Shown: positions 53,901 to 63,216, numbered from the stretch's first letter. The stretch is DNA of 64,000 bases from Antedon mediterranea (GCF_964355755.1 NC_092672.1:28650437-28714436), one strand, 5' to 3'. Notes: a model not told the origin generated them from the sequence alone. Program-made: numbers and translations.

Positions 53901-56900
53901 TCTAGGAGGATCACGGCCTGGTTATGTTATTCCTGATTCTTCATACGAATGGGATGGAGATCCGAGACGTGGACTTGGTGATTATAGAATTCCCAACATG
54001 ATGGTTACAGACATCGATGGTAGTAAAATTCCTTATGATGAAAAATGTCCACATAAAGGTTGGCTGTCTGTTTTAATTTTGAATTATTTTAGATTTTGTA
54101 AACCTTGATAATATCTAGTAACTGCGTTTTTTACCTAAAATCTTTTCTCCTAATAAAGTTGCACTCTTAAACATGACTAGTACAGTCCACGCAATTTTTT
54201 TGTTGCATCCCGTTTTTGATGGGTAAGAGAATCACTGTGTTGTAGCGGTGATCTTTATATAACCTGCTTTTTTCTTTAAGGTATCATTGGTACAGAAAGT
54301 TGCATATGGCATGACTCTTGGCAGGCTTTTGAATGCTATGACTATGATTACGCTATGTTAATTATTGAAAGTCTTGATCCGGACACAGAAGTACGACGTC
54401 TTTCACCAATCGCCATTGGGTCTAACGGTTATGTTGATTTGATCAATGGACCTCAAGATCATGGCTGGTGTCATGGGTACACATGTCAAGAGCGCATCAG
54501 CACATTTATGTCTATCGTTGCAATTGGAGAGACTTATGAAATGTATATGAGTTCCACAAATCCTCAAACGTTACGACTTCATTTCTTGAACACAACTCCA
54601 GATCAAAAAATAGTTGTCGGCATATGGTATGCCAATCCTCAACGCTTAGATGTGTACCATCAAGGTCGCTATGTCATGCCAAATAACGGGCAGCTGGATG
54701 GAGATACGTTCATATGGGTTCCAGAAGATCCAAACGGAACAGACGATCAGTTTATGCCAACTCCTGACTCCAACATTTATGGCGAAAACTATTTTGATCG
54801 CGATTGGCAGACTCTTTGGATACTTATACGTGGTAGTGACCCAATTGACATCATCACTACACCGGTTATAATGGTTGACGTTGGTGTGGCTCCTGTTGAT
54901 GTTGATGACTTTTATGAAGAAGATCTTGTTAACAATCTTGCCAGTTTGCTTGGTGTTGATGAGTCTCAGATTAGAGTCGTTGATGTTGTCAGGGAAGGTG
55001 GTCGTAGAAAAAGATCCACAGAATTTCAAGTTTTAATTGAGATTGGAGAATCACCAAGAGCATCATCGAACAGCTCAGAGAATTCAGGTAGACCTAAATA
55101 TATTCTTTCTTGTATATATAATATATATAGTAAGAAAATATCTTTCTTTGACCATACCAAAGTATCACATAATCTATCCAGATTTCTTCTTCTCTGTTTT
55201 TAGTTTCATGTTTAGAAATTAGTTTCAATTCAAGTTCATTTCATTGGCTATTATTTTGATATCTAAACAATAATTAATATGTCTTTTTTTCAGGCAATTC
55301 AACCCTTGAATATGATGAGTTAGTTAACCTTCAAGTAGAAATAGTTAATACAGCACAAACCGGTACTTTGTCCGAGAGTCTTGAAGTTGAGGTTATATCA
55401 TTAGCAATGACCGATCCTTCTTCCCCAGCTGAAGACCCAACAGGAGGTGTCAGAGCAACAAATGAAACAGGAGGTCCAAGTACAGGTAATGAAACGTAAG
55501 TCACATTTTAAGCCTTCAAAGAAGTAATAAAAGGTTGAAGTAGAGTTTTCTGTAGGGTTCCACTAGTAAAAAACTGGCTTGTATCGTCTTTTCCAAAGTC
55601 TTAAATTGTATTCTTATGTGTAGCTTGCAACAAATATAACCCTAATTAAATGCCTATATCATTACATTGGTTCACAGGTATTCTGAGAAGCAAGCTGAAG
55701 AAGAAGCGGCCAGTGAGCCAGGAGTAGCAATCATCTATCAATTCCCAAGCACGATGAGCATACATGTACAACCGGCTGATGCTACGGAGAACCATCCATT
55801 TGGGGTTCAACCTTGCATCTGTATATTGGATACCAGTGTAGGTTTGACACAATTCTTTCTAAACTTTATTATAGGCTATCAAACGTTGGTAATACACCAT
55901 AGGTTTGATACAAATATTCGGACAAAAAAAAGGAACTATTCAATGATTTGTTGTTTTTTTCCAGGGTAACATTGTGCAAAATCTTGGACATTCTTCACAT
56001 CCATGGAAAATGCAGGCAGTTTTGCAACGCCCAGGAGTATCTGATGCAGAGCTGGTCAGCAACAACACTGTAGATATAATATATGGCTGGGCCAACTTCA
56101 CTGATCTTGCCATTAATCTGCCGGGAAGTGGATACTTCTTGGAATTCAGCATTGTTTATCCCAACACATCCACGCTAGAAGGCACCAACTCAATGGAGTT
56201 TTCTGTAAGTGAGAGTGTTTTCTACATATCCATCGCTGATCAACCGACTAGCCCTTTAAAGGTTTTGGAGACATTTGATGTTCAGTTTAATCTAATTGAA
56301 GATTTTACTACGGATATTGCAGAACATCTGGATTCTAAGGTTGGTGATTGCTTAATGAATTATACAATTCCCCTTACACCAAGCTTAAAAGTACCTTCAA
56401 TTGTAGACTACTGTTGTGTATCCAATCTAAGAGCAACTTCTGTTGAAGACTAGCCTACAGTACCTACAAGTCACTCCCATAAAACATCTAACTCTAACAA
56501 CACTCAATAAGTTACAAGTTTCCATTAAGCTAAAATCAAATTTAAGGCCGTTTTCAATACCGTAATAATTACATCCAGTTATCATCTCAAAATCCAACTT
56601 AATGTCCTGTTTCAACGTTCCAATATGTCTTATTTTTAGAATTACAACTGGACAGCTAACATAAGTTTATACATGCCGGAAAACTACCGTGGTACTTTAC
56701 AAGGCCAGTTGACTACTCAAGTGGACCTGACGTCAGCACAAGGCGTCTTCTACAACTTATCGATCAGTGCTACTGGTTTTCAATATGTTTTACAAATTGA
56801 AGTGGTTACCATCCCAAGCAATGATTACTACCTGTCTGCACAGTTAGATCAATTTGATATAAGCAATGTTGATAAGCATACAGAAAATCCAGTTAAAGTA

Positions 56901-58160
56901 GGCTTGAAGTTTTATGGAGACTATGCAACAGTGGCAGCAGGAAAAGAAGACTATCTTGCAATTAACTTCATTAATAACTTTGCTGTTTCATATCCAAAGG
57001 TCACTATTTCTTCAGTAGAAATCAGTGAAGGTAAGTTCACAATCTGCGAATTGAGTGGTTGTTAACGTTTTTTATTGATCAGTTCAATGTTTGTTTAAGA
57101 ATGTTTCTCATTTGGTTCCATCATCATTATTTATTTGATGACTGGAGAGACTGCAAAAACAAACGAAGTCATTCATCATGACCTCACTGCAGGTTGCATA
57201 TCATTCTTAGTCTTTTTACAACATTTCGTTAGCTCATTATGACGGATGTACTAAAACGAAGAAAGTCATTTATCGTGACCTCTGCAGGTGGCATATTGTT
57301 AACGTTGTACACAATTTTCGTTAATTCAGGTTCAATCATCTTTGATTTTATAATGACTGGAGATACTTCAAATACACTAGAAGCCATTTTTCGTGACCTT
57401 GGTGTAGGTCTTATATCATTAACCTTTGATGGACATATTCTTGAAGCAGATCCAAGTTATATTATGCTTAATGGTAAACCTTTCGAGCCTAAAGTTGTAA
57501 GTCAAATAGCTTGTTTTTATTTATACAACCTGTATTTATTTCAAATTGCATTAATTTATTTAGGAAAAATTCAGAATTAATAAACAATATGCCTATATTG
57601 TATGGTCAAAATATGTTTAATTAAACTAAATTTATTAATTGTAATTATTGATAATTCAATAGTAAAATAAGTTTTTGTGGTACACAATGCGTTTCCTAAA
57701 ATGAAGTAAAATAAGGTAATCTCGAATTTTTGTTTGTTATGCTATAATCGCCTTCTAGAGCATAAACGAAATATTGAGACATACTCAGCTTTACTTTATT
57801 TCCTTTATGAAAGCGCATGGTTTACCGCAAAATAAATCTCTTTACTAGTATTTATTCATCATCTTTAACCAATAATATGTTGTGTTTTAGGACGATCCGT
57901 CTGGTCTTCCAATATGGGCCATTGTGTTGATTGTAATAATCAGCTTATTAATGGTTTTCATCATGGGAGCTGCTTTGGTCAGAGTTTGCTACAGTCCTAG
58001 TAAGAATCAATTTTTTATGAAGAGAGAAAATAACAAATGTTACTATAGGCCTAATAAGTTCAATTTATCCACGGAGGCCCAGATCAACACAAGGCTGCTT
58101 TTCCCAGCTTCTCGAACTTCACTAAATTCTTATTGGATGCTACACACACAGATCCTCTAA
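5918..58160 (+). CDS. PKHD1L1: Fibrocystin-L / polycystic kidney and hepatic disease 1-like 1 homologue, 53-exon gene, ~4,400 aa type I membrane protein
   Basis: Hand-spliced GT-AG exons with compatible phases: 5918-5978, 11126-11206, 18798-18939, 19222-19315, 19614-19671, 22464-22569, 23343-23396, 23797-23864, 26429-26542, 26690-26939, 27640-27742, 28264-28503, 28902-29052, 29205-29345, 29814-30211, 31571-31698, 32383-32549, 33016-33315, 33858-34012, 34392-34514, 34776-34884, 36394-36600(or 36603), 36901-36966, 37233-37366, 37988-38138, 38635-38821, 39255-39490, 39745-39930, 40291-41970, 42724-42873, 43117-43291, 43409-43562, 43761-43917, 44047-44256, 44736-44903, 45278-45478, 45619-47247, 49409-49672, 49948-50196, 50339-50584, 50758-50931, 51023-51256, 51386-51912, 52248-52422, 52726-52888, 53820-54058, 54281-55087, 55294-55495, 55678-55837, 55965-56339, 56640-57030, 57330-57496, 57891-57999 (donor) or read-through to stop 58160. 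Diagnostic peptides: GQAFRLGRYPIHFHLNGD, AEVGLLTHNV, VNPSDCVDMDCD, LINGPQDHGWC, repeated PxxGSxxGGTxxTIxGxGF IPT motifs. 3' end uncertain; orthologue vs paralogue not resolved. Confidence 0.93.
6320..6580. repeat. Degenerate short-unit repeat built from TATTACTGTAA / ATTACCGTAG motifs
   Basis: More than 10 dispersed-tandem copies visible. Confidence 0.7.
6950..8135 (+). repeat. Interspersed repeat copy A (intron 1); inverted relative to the copy at 24560-25910
   Basis: 7710-8135 matches the reverse complement of 24560-25005 closely (e.g. cggcctgtcttcaacattatgat, tatttggggcaaatcgttgaacctaaattcgttttaat); 6950-7370 matches the reverse complement of 25500-25910 more loosely. Confidence 0.9.
8441..9429. 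repeat. Local tandem duplication A-X-B-A-B
   Basis: 8441-8608 recurs at 9060-9228 and 8847-9048 recurs at 9227-9429, nearly identical; the second copy lacks 8609-8846. Confidence 0.93.
10025..10350 (-). mobile_element. Short LINE 3' fragment (Rex1/Babar- or L2-like)
   Basis: Minus strand translates SGRLIMMRIKTTGFRNSFLPSAVS; AATAAA-like signal and (TCTGTA)n tail at ~10025-10052. Confidence 0.6.
11382..13972. mobile_element. Kolobok-like non-autonomous DNA transposon (~2.6 kb)
   Basis: TTAA at 11378-11381 and 13973-13976; termini AG...TATTGTCCCCC / GGGGGACAATA...CT; further inverted blocks ttgaataggccat/atggtctattcaa and aaagttattcacttt/aaagtgaacaacttt. TTAA TSD with 5'-RR termini is the Kolobok signature. 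Confidence 0.8.
14417..14834. repeat. ~209-bp tandem duplication inside a repeat element
   Basis: 14417-14625 and 14626-14834 both begin acctttaattctgaagagctgtgagatattc and end ctctattgaatgtgata. Confidence 0.93.
16740..16808 (-). repeat. tRNA-derived SINE-head-like fragment
   Basis: Minus strand gctcataTAGCGCGTCGtg...ctttggta...cggGATCGCATCCcg with A/B-box-like spacing. Confidence 0.45.
17633..18257 (-). pseudogene. Spliced gene fragment of unknown function inside the Helentron-like element, antisense to the host gene
   Basis: Exon-like blocks with GT-AG ends: 18257-18094 (IFTKVSKFGVDDVAISKWRQVAEEANQLVIEKRFNDCPYKKRVIS*...), 17921-17867 (VGISEKGGIVMGIDYSNG), 17777-17633 (YPIDIVLESGETILVPEEVNFDVDAELPIKIKFTLSKERVTSISIVD*) with AATAAA overlapping the stop. 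Confidence 0.6.
18315..18452 (-). mobile_element. LINE 3' UTR/tail fragment
   Basis: (CTTGAA)n tail, AATAAA, hairpin gaggac...gtcctc; same architecture as the LINE tails at 2786-2880 and 49150-49300. Confidence 0.6.
20899..21972. mobile_element. hAT-like MITE, 1074 bp, TIR CAGG(G/C)CCGTAGCCAGG
   Basis: 16-bp TIR with one mismatch; flanked by TTAAT (20894-20898, 21973-21977); G/C-run subtermini. Confidence 0.85.
22155..22370. mobile_element. Small degenerate MITE, preceded by a Helitron-like 3' end (gcgagcgaagcgagc...CTAGT, 22110-22150)
   Basis: Inverted tttacacaga..aacggtaacggtaagcggtaaac vs gcttaccgtttaccggtaccgttac..ctgtaaa. Confidence 0.55.
22600..22735. repeat. Short MITE-like repeat; related copy at ~28680-28800
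   Basis: Shared atatggtagtgatatgccca and catgtccatatatggg cores; ends ctgtctac.ctatcaaact / gatagtgtagacagag. Confidence 0.75.
24560..25910 (-). repeat. Interspersed repeat copy B (intron 8), inverted partner of 6950-8135
   Basis: Block order is reversed relative to copy A; also has an internal partial re-copy at ~25395-25480. Confidence 0.9.
26080..26295. repeat. Small fold-back MITE-like element
   Basis: Internal inverted repeat ttcacgacgctccacgcggct / agccgcgtggcgcgtagtgaa and degenerate outer arms. Confidence 0.55.
26690..28503 (+). CDS. PKHD1L1: PKHD1L1-like exons 10-12: IPT domain followed by PA14 domain
   Basis: PNYGSYRGGTRIIISGKYF; PGNRGIYQEV; RGYFVAPYDGVFKFMIYSDDQSELYFS; LTGGNHYYIEA (PA14-type motifs). 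Confidence 0.85.
30310..31385. repeat. Three diverged tandem copies of a ~360-bp unit (intron 15)
   Basis: aattgcattt...gacc(t)tt recurs at ~30313, ~30670, ~31030; aaatgcaaat(t/c)tgttca, ttacccc and tttaaaattgaaat blocks recur with the same period. Confidence 0.85.
35057..36142. mobile_element. PIF/Harbinger-like MITE, 1086 bp, ~41-bp TIR AGGCCCTGTTCAGACCCATGGCGTTAGA(C/T)CGTTTTAGCGTAC
   Basis: Near-perfect TIRs; flanks TTA / TTG (TWA-type TSD with one mismatch); inserted in a smaller repeat related to 34545-34635 (cttgcgttg...gaacca resumes at 36148). Confidence 0.88.
38305..38405 (-). repeat. Short DINE-1/Helentron-like element end with (GGTC/GGTT)n microsatellite
   Basis: Minus strand tttttagtcgcgtgcaaggcgact hairpin followed by gtcggtcggttggtcggtcgg; second agtcgcgtgc copy at 38318. 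Confidence 0.6.
40291..41970 (+). CDS. PKHD1L1: PKHD1L1-like exon 29 (1680 nt): end of cupredoxin-like region and tandem IPT/TIG domains
   Basis: Contains ORF 40443..42017 with several SVDPSEGSLNGGTVLTIEGNGF-type repeats; acceptor aaacag at 40290, donor gtaaac at 41971. Confidence 0.92.
42410..42490 (-). repeat. tRNA-derived SINE head
   Basis: Minus strand A box TGGCTTGGTGG and B box GGTTCAAGTCC at tRNA spacing; next to a LINE-like tail (42235-42310) and a ~65-bp direct repeat (42491/42576). Confidence 0.6.
43761..44256 (+). CDS. PKHD1L1: PKHD1L1-like exons 33-34: first G8 domain
   Basis: WSSVWTWGGLEPPIAGDFVIVPAGQTLLLD...GGLLQVGTEQEPF...GAKTLAVRNGTLDLHG. Confidence 0.92.
45619..47247 (+). 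CDS. PKHD1L1: PKHD1L1-like exon 37 (1629 nt): parallel beta-helix (PbH1, CEMIP/TMEM2-like) region
   Basis: ORF 45597..47273 with GQAFRLGRYPIHFH, HHTFNRAVTIH, TPAAFWVTNPNN, AAGGSHFGFWY. Confidence 0.95.
47546..49105 (+). mobile_element. 5'-truncated LINE ORF2 (reverse transcriptase, CR1/L2-group, Crack-like) in intron 37; 3' UTR to ~49300
   Basis: 519-aa open frame with NYRPISIL, QYGFR, FLDLSKAFDT, GVPQGSILGPLLF, YADD, KFLG; no endonuclease domain; 3' hairpin gggttaca..aagcac..gtgctt..tgtatccc, AATAAA, ttgaa tail. Confidence 0.96.
49409..50584 (+). CDS. PKHD1L1: PKHD1L1-like exons 38-40: second G8 domain
   Basis: LWSTAEAW...LPIDGDDVMILP, WVVADV, IFIHGGTLVIGWE, PLPNGPNMGAKVLGVFGGLEMHG. Confidence 0.9.
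54281..55087 (+). CDS. PKHD1L1: PKHD1L1-like exon 47 including SEA-like region with RRKR proprotein-convertase site (55003-55014)
   Basis: ESLDPDTEVRRLSP, LINGPQDHGWCHGYTCQERISTF, NLASLLGVDESQIRVVDVVREGGRRKRS. Confidence 0.92.
57114..57307 (+). pseudogene. Two degenerate tandem copies of the 5' part of exon 52
   Basis: 57114-57206 translates GSIIIIYLMTGETAKTNEVIHHDLTAGCISF vs exon 52 GSIIFDFIMTGDTSNTLEAIFRDLGVGLISL; 57236-57307 is a second, frameshifted copy. Confidence 0.8.
57891..57999 (+). CDS. PKHD1L1: PKHD1L1-like exon 53: transmembrane helix
   Basis: Acceptor ttttag at 57890; DDPSGLPIWAIVLIVIISLLMVFIMGAALVRVCYSP; possible donor A|GTAAGA at 58000, otherwise frame open to stop at 58160. 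Confidence 0.85.
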
Positions 58161-58654
58161 ATTTGAGATGCAGACGAGCATTTTCATACATGTATACATA
58201 CTGTGCATTAATTGAACACATTTGCAGTAAAATGTGTTTACAACAAGGTCATCGATTAGAAATTGAGCAACGCATTGCTTTTGTATCCTTTGACATCAAT
58301 TGACAATTTCAGTAATTTTCATTTGATCGTCCACAGCGCCTTAAACTTCTCACTAACGCTTTACTAGTAGCTACTTAAAATATATCCGTTTTAAAGGCAG
58401 GCTGTTTATTCTCTCTTTTTAGTCTTTGTCTTCTTATACAAAATGAAGTTTTTAATTGTTAAAATTGTTAAAACGGAGTTGGATAGCCGAGTGGTTAGGA
58501 CAGTTGACTGTCATACAGATAGACCCTGGTTCAATTCCCGACAACTTCCAGTCCACTCAGCTGTAAATGAGTACCTAGTTGAAATACTAGGGAAGAAAAA
58601 AGGCGGCGTTGAAAGGAACTGGCCATCCTACCACATAATACCGAGGCTTAGTAC

Positions 58655-59092
58655 TTTAGTAATTGTCGGCGCAACGGTAAAATAAAACAACTACTAAATG
58701 TATACAGTAAACTATGCAATTTATTCCAAGTGAATCAAGTGAGGATTCTCAATAAATAGATAAAATATACAATATACAATGTTTGATAAGACAGAGCAAT
58801 AAACGGTGTAGCTAAGATGCTGGTTGAGAAAAGAGTGTGTTAATAATGTGGTCAGTGCATGGTAATATTGGGCTTGGCCCACCTCATCTGACCAATTAGG
58901 ATTAAGAGAATTAATGTGGTTTTCTGTTAGAGTCATTAACATTCTTAAAATCCATTAGCTAGAAAAGTGAAGGTAACAGGAAGGTAACCTGTCAATGTGA
59001 GGTTAAATAAAGAGATATATAGAGGATGTATAAATAATCAAATTAAAAGCAAATGTTGAATTGTTTAAAAGCTATGTGGTAGGTCTGCTACA
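58655..59092 (-). repeat. 3' LTR (438 bp)
   Basis: No difference from 63232-63669 found by eye; preceded on the minus strand by PPT GGAAGGGGG (59097-59105). Confidence 0.97.
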
Positions 59093-59115
59093 GGAGCCCC
59101 CTTCCAGTGAAAGAA

Positions 59116-62100
59116 TTAATGATAGAACGAGACAAAACGTTGAGGGAAATGAACATGTCTACCAGAACGAGTAGTACGGGGAGGGGTTGCCAAAATGGGT
59201 GACGGGTTGGTTGGTTTGACTAGGGGTGATGCTTGTAGCTTGGGAGTGAGGGTTTGCTCTTGGCTTTTAAATATATCAGTATCCAAATGAGCTACCTTTA
59301 AGCGATCAATACTGACTGTGTCCTGTCGACCATTTAGATCGAGAACAAAGTGTTTGTCTGTTCGACTTAATACCTTAAATGGACCATCATATGGACGTTG
59401 TAAGGGTTTTCGAACAGAGTCCCTTCGCACAAAAACATGGGTACAATTAAATATTTCTTGATTGATATAGGATTTACGGTTAGAGTTGGTGCGGGTAGGT
59501 GTGGGACGTAGTTTACTCATATTATCACGCAATCTATCAATATAATTAGAATAATCACAATGTTCAGAGTTTGAATTAAAGAATTGTCCAGGTAATCTTA
59601 AAGTAGTGCCATAAACAAGTTCAGCTGCACTATGACCTAGATCAGCCTTAAGGGCTGTACGAATGCCTAAAAGTACTATAGGTAAATGTTCTGTCCATTT
59701 AGTGTGATCATTATGTGCTTTGAGAGAACCCTTCAAATGTCGATGAAAACGTTCTACAAGTCCGTTCGCAATAGGATGGTAGGCAGTTGTATGAATGTGC
59801 TTAGTTCCTAGTAAGTTGGCGAGTGAATGAAATAATGCAGATTCAAATTGTCTTCCTCGATCTGTTGTAATGGTTGAAGGTATTCCGAATGAAGCGATCC
59901 ATCGATTGACAAATGCGTGTGCGACAGTATCGGCTGTGATATCCGGAATAGGTACGGCTTCGGGCCATCGAGTAAAACGATCGATAAAAGTGAGTAAATA
60001 AGAAAAACCATTTGACGGAGGGAGAGGTCCAACAATATCTATATGTACATGGTCAAAACGGGCGTCAGGTGTAGAAAAAGTAGAGAGTGGCGAAACGGTG
60101 TGCCGGTGTACTTTGGAACGTTGACATTGAATGCATGTTTGAGACCATCGTCGTACATCACGATTGATTGCTGGCCATACGAAACGGTCAGTAATTAAAC
60201 GTTGTGTTGCTCGTATACCAGGATGTGATAGCGAATGTAGAGTGTCAAATATTATGCGTCTGAATTCTTGTGGGATATATGGACGTGGATTGCCTTTGGA
60301 AATATCACAAAGAATTGTAGAGTCAGAAGTTGGAATTGGAAAGTTTTGAAATTGTAGTGAAAACGGTGATTCAAGTAGCTTGTGCAATTCATCGTCATTC
60401 TTTTGTGCAGCAGCAATAAGACTAAAATCAACAATGTTAGTTGTGTTGTGACTGAACGTATTAAGTTCGATTCGCGACAATGCATCAGCTGCTGCATTAG
60501 CTTTTCCACTCACATGGCGTATGTCCGTTGTAAATTGAGATATGAAATCGAGATGACGGATTTCGCGTGGCGAGTGACGATTTGGTTTGGCGAGTAAAGC
60601 ATACACAAGTGGCTTATGGTCAGTAAAAATATGAAATGAGCGTCCTTCAAGTGAATGACGAAAATGTTTAACTGAAAGGTATGCCGCCAAAAGTTCACGA
60701 CCAAATGTGCTGTATCGCGTCTGCGCTGGTTTCAACTTCTGTGAGAAAAATGAAATAGGTTGCCAATTGTTGTCAATGCATTGTTGTAGTATACCCCCTA
60801 TGGCCACATCCGAAGCGTCAACCATGATACTTAAAGGTGCATTTGGCTGCGGATGGGTGAGAAATGTAGCACTTGCGAGGGCGACTTTAATATTATTAAA
60901 TCCCAATAAAGCTGCGTCGGTCCATACCAGATCCTGTTTCTTACCTGCCCCAACAAGTAGAGCTGTGACAGGTTGTAAAATCTGGGCACACTGCGGTATA
61001 AATCGCCTATAAAAGTTAATAAGTCCAAGGAATTCACGTAGTTTGCGTAAAGAAGTTGGTTGTGGAAAGTTTTGTATCGCTTCGACCTTTACTTGAAGTG
61101 GTCGGACACCTTGCGAATCAACATGATGTCCAAGAAACTCGAGTGACGAAACTCCAAATTGGCATTTCGCTGGGTTGAGAACAACGCCATACTCATTAAG
61201 ACGTGTGAATAGTTGATGAAGATGAGTTTCGTGTTCCTCGGCGTTGGAACTTGCAACAAGCAGGTCGTCGATATAAGCGTAGCAAAAATCCAATCCACGC
61301 GTTACCTGATCAATAAAACGTTGAAAAGTTTGAGCGGCATTGCGGAGGCCAAATGGCATTCTATCAAATTCAAAAAGTCCAAATGGTGTAGTAATTGCTG
61401 TTTTATGAACATCAGCAGGTTCAACTGGTATCTGATGGTAAGCTCGGACGAGATCAATCTTAGAAAATATAGTGGATCCGTGCAGAGATGCTGTAAAATC
61501 GTGCATGTACGGGATAGGATACCGATCTGCAACAGTAGCATTGTTCAATGCTCGATAATCCCCACAGGGACGCCAATCCCCAGGAGTTTTCTTAGGCACC
61601 ATATGTAAAGGTGATGCCCAGTTACTTTTAGAGGGGCGTATAATTCCAAGCTGCATCATGTGTTCAAATTCATGTCTGGCTGTTTTGCAGCGGTCATGTG
61701 CGAGCCGTCGAGGATGTGACGAAATTGGTGGACCATGGGTCTGAATATGATGTGTCACATCGTGTTTTAGCGACGCTTCCTGATAACAAGGGCGTGTAAT
61801 GTTTGGGAATTTTGTAAGAATGTAGTCCCAATTGGACTTAGCCTCAAGGGTGGTAAATATAAGACCGAGAGGCGAAGTTTTGGAGGCGACACCTTGAATA
61901 CTCAGGTTGGTGGTAGTGTCAATGAGTCGTCGATTATTCATATCGACTAACAGTCCAAAATGTCTTAAAAAATCAGCCCCTATGATGGGGTGTGTGACGT
62001 CTGCGACAACAAATAACCATTGAGATGTTCGTCTCAAACCTAAGTCTAAGGTTACAGAGCGATGTCCATAAGTGTTGATAGATGTATTATTTGCGGCAGT

Positions 62101-62301
62101 CAAAGTAGACTCTTGTCGCCTATGTAGACGCTCATGGCGAGTAGGTGGAACAACGCTAACTTCTGCCCCAGTGTCTATGAGGAAACGTTGTTTGGATAAT
62201 TGATTAACAATAAAGAAAAGGCGACTTACGATTTGACGGCCAGCAACATTCGTCGCATTTAGTTGTCGGCGTTGGAGTTTTCCGAACACGGCGGATTGCA
62301 T
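59116..62301 (-). CDS. pol: Gypsy Pol polyprotein (protease, RT, RNase H, integrase); probably expressed by -1 frameshift from gag
   Basis: [64 protein letters not shown]...CIQC zinc finger, [31 protein letters not shown]. Confidence 0.97.
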   Translation of the reverse strand: MQSAVFGKLQRRQLNATNVAGRQIVSRLFFIVNQLSKQRFLIDTGAEVSVVPPTRHERLHRRQESTLTAANNTSINTYGHRSVTLDLGLRRTSQWLFVVADVTHPIIGADFLRHFGLLVDMNNRRLIDTTTNLSIQGVASKTSPLGLIFTTLEAKSNWDYILTKFPNITRPCYQEASLKHDVTHHIQTHGPPISSHPRRLAHDRCKTARHEFEHMMQLGIIRPSKSNWASPLHMVPKKTPGDWRPCGDYRALNNATVADRYPIPYMHDFTASLHGSTIFSKIDLVRAYHQIPVEPADVHKTAITTPFGLFEFDRMPFGLRNAAQTFQRFIDQVTRGLDFCYAYIDDLLVASSNAEEHETHLHQLFTRLNEYGVVLNPAKCQFGVSSLEFLGHHVDSQGVRPLQVKVEAIQNFPQPTSLRKLREFLGLINFYRRFIPQCAQILQPVTALLVGAGKKQDLVWTDAALLGFNNIKVALASATFLTHPQPNAPLSIMVDASDVAIGGILQQCIDNNWQPISFFSQKLKPAQTRYSTFGRELLAAYLSVKHFRHSLEGRSFHIFTDHKPLVYALLAKPNRHSPREIRHLDFISQFTTDIRHVSGKANAAADALSRIELNTFSHNTTNIVDFSLIAAAQKNDDELHKLLESPFSLQFQNFPIPTSDSTILCDISKGNPRPYIPQEFRRIIFDTLHSLSHPGIRATQRLITDRFVWPAINRDVRRWSQTCIQCQRSKVHRHTVSPLSTFSTPDARFDHVHIDIVGPLPPSNGFSYLLTFIDRFTRWPEAVPIPDITADTVAHAFVNRWIASFGIPSTITTDRGRQFESALFHSLANLLGTKHIHTTAYHPIANGLVERFHRHLKGSLKAHNDHTKWTEHLPIVLLGIRTALKADLGHSAAELVYGTTLRLPGQFFNSNSEHCDYSNYIDRLRDNMSKLRPTPTRTNSNRKSYINQEIFNCTHVFVRRDSVRKPLQRPYDGPFKVLSRTDKHFVLDLNGRQDTVSIDRLKVAHLDTDIFKSQEQTLTPKLQASPLVKPTNPSPILATPPRTTRSGRHVHFPQRFVSFYH

Positions 62302-63191
62302 TTTCGAGCATTTACTCCAAATTTTTCATGGTACCAACAGAGTTGAGGAGTGTTGTTTGAATGTTGAGCTGAGCGATTGGTACTGTTAGGTTGAGCAGGA
62401 GATGAATGCCTACCACTCGATCGATTTCGATGTCGACTTGTGCTGCGACTCTGATATCTGTTGTGCCGTCGGTCAGATTGCAAGGAATTAACTTGCGTTG
62501 ACAGTTGTTGAATCTGTTTTTGCAGGTTTTCAAGGGTCGCAGACAAGGAGGGTGTATTGTCCGTGTGTACTGCCGATACACTTGTTGGCGCAGTTGCAGT
62601 TACAGATACTTCAATAATTTTGTCAGCCAATGATGTCAAGCTTCCCAGGTCCAACTCATCCTTGGTTGAAGCTAGGATAAGCTGTACATTAGTTGGGAGG
62701 CGACTTAAGAATAGTTGTTTCATAATTGAAGATTCAAGTGGCCTGTCGCCTAAGAGTTGTAACATCCGTCGGTATAATTGCAACGGTTTCCTATCCCCCA
62801 ACTCCTCGGCCGTCAGGAGTTGGCGGAGGCGCTGTTGGTCGGAGTCAGTTGTCCGACGTATTAAGGTATCTTTCAAGTTCACATACCTGTTAGCAGTAGG
62901 CGGGTTGAGAAGTAGATCCCGAACTTCCTGCGCAATTTCAGGTTGCAATGATCCGACTAAGTAAGCGTATTTTGTAGCATCTACTGTAATCCCACGCGTT
63001 GTGAACTGTGCTTCCACTTGGGTGAACCACAATATCGGATCATTGGGCCAGTATGGAGGCAGTTTCAACGCTACCGAAGAAATTGGCCTGTTGACGGTTG
63101 CTGCGTCAGGAGCGGGCACCACAGGTTGTTCCTGGTGCTGGGGTTGTGCTGGAGGTTGCGGTAGCTGTCGTTGTTGCTGTTGTCCTTCCAT
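62259..63191 (-). CDS. gag: Gypsy Gag
   Basis: [31 protein letters not shown]-terminal [18 protein letters not shown] knuckle; overlaps pol in the -1 frame. Confidence 0.95.
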   Translation of the reverse strand: MEGQQQQRQLPQPPAQPQHQEQPVVPAPDAATVNRPISSVALKLPPYWPNDPILWFTQVEAQFTTRGITVDATKYAYLVGSLQPEIAQEVRDLLLNPPTANRYVNLKDTLIRRTTDSDQQRLRQLLTAEELGDRKPLQLYRRMLQLLGDRPLESSIMKQLFLSRLPTNVQLILASTKDELDLGSLTSLADKIIEVSVTATAPTSVSAVHTDNTPSLSATLENLQKQIQQLSTQVNSLQSDRRHNRYQSRSTSRHRNRSSGRHSSPAQPNSTNRSAQHSNNTPQLCWYHEKFGVNARKCNPPCSENSNADN

Positions 63192-63216
63192 TTTAAGTTA
63201 AATTCGGTATAAGAAA

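Noticed and set aside
39109-55029. Many minus-strand and alternative-frame ORFs overlapping host exons (e.g. 39109..39486, 45884..46210, 54646..55029)
   Set aside because: Shadow ORFs of the fibrocystin-L coding exons with no independent coding signal.
58475-58550. Functional tRNA-Asp gene
   Set aside because: Weak anticodon and T stems, no oligo-T terminator, and it continues into a SINE body with tail and TSD.
58721-58942. Duplicated 73-aa ORF (also 63298..63519) as an accessory or env gene
   Set aside because: It lies wholly inside the LTR, is duplicated only because the LTR is, and has no recognisable motif.
59808-63201. Antisense and alternative-frame ORFs within gag-pol
   Set aside because: Shadow frames of the retrotransposon coding region.
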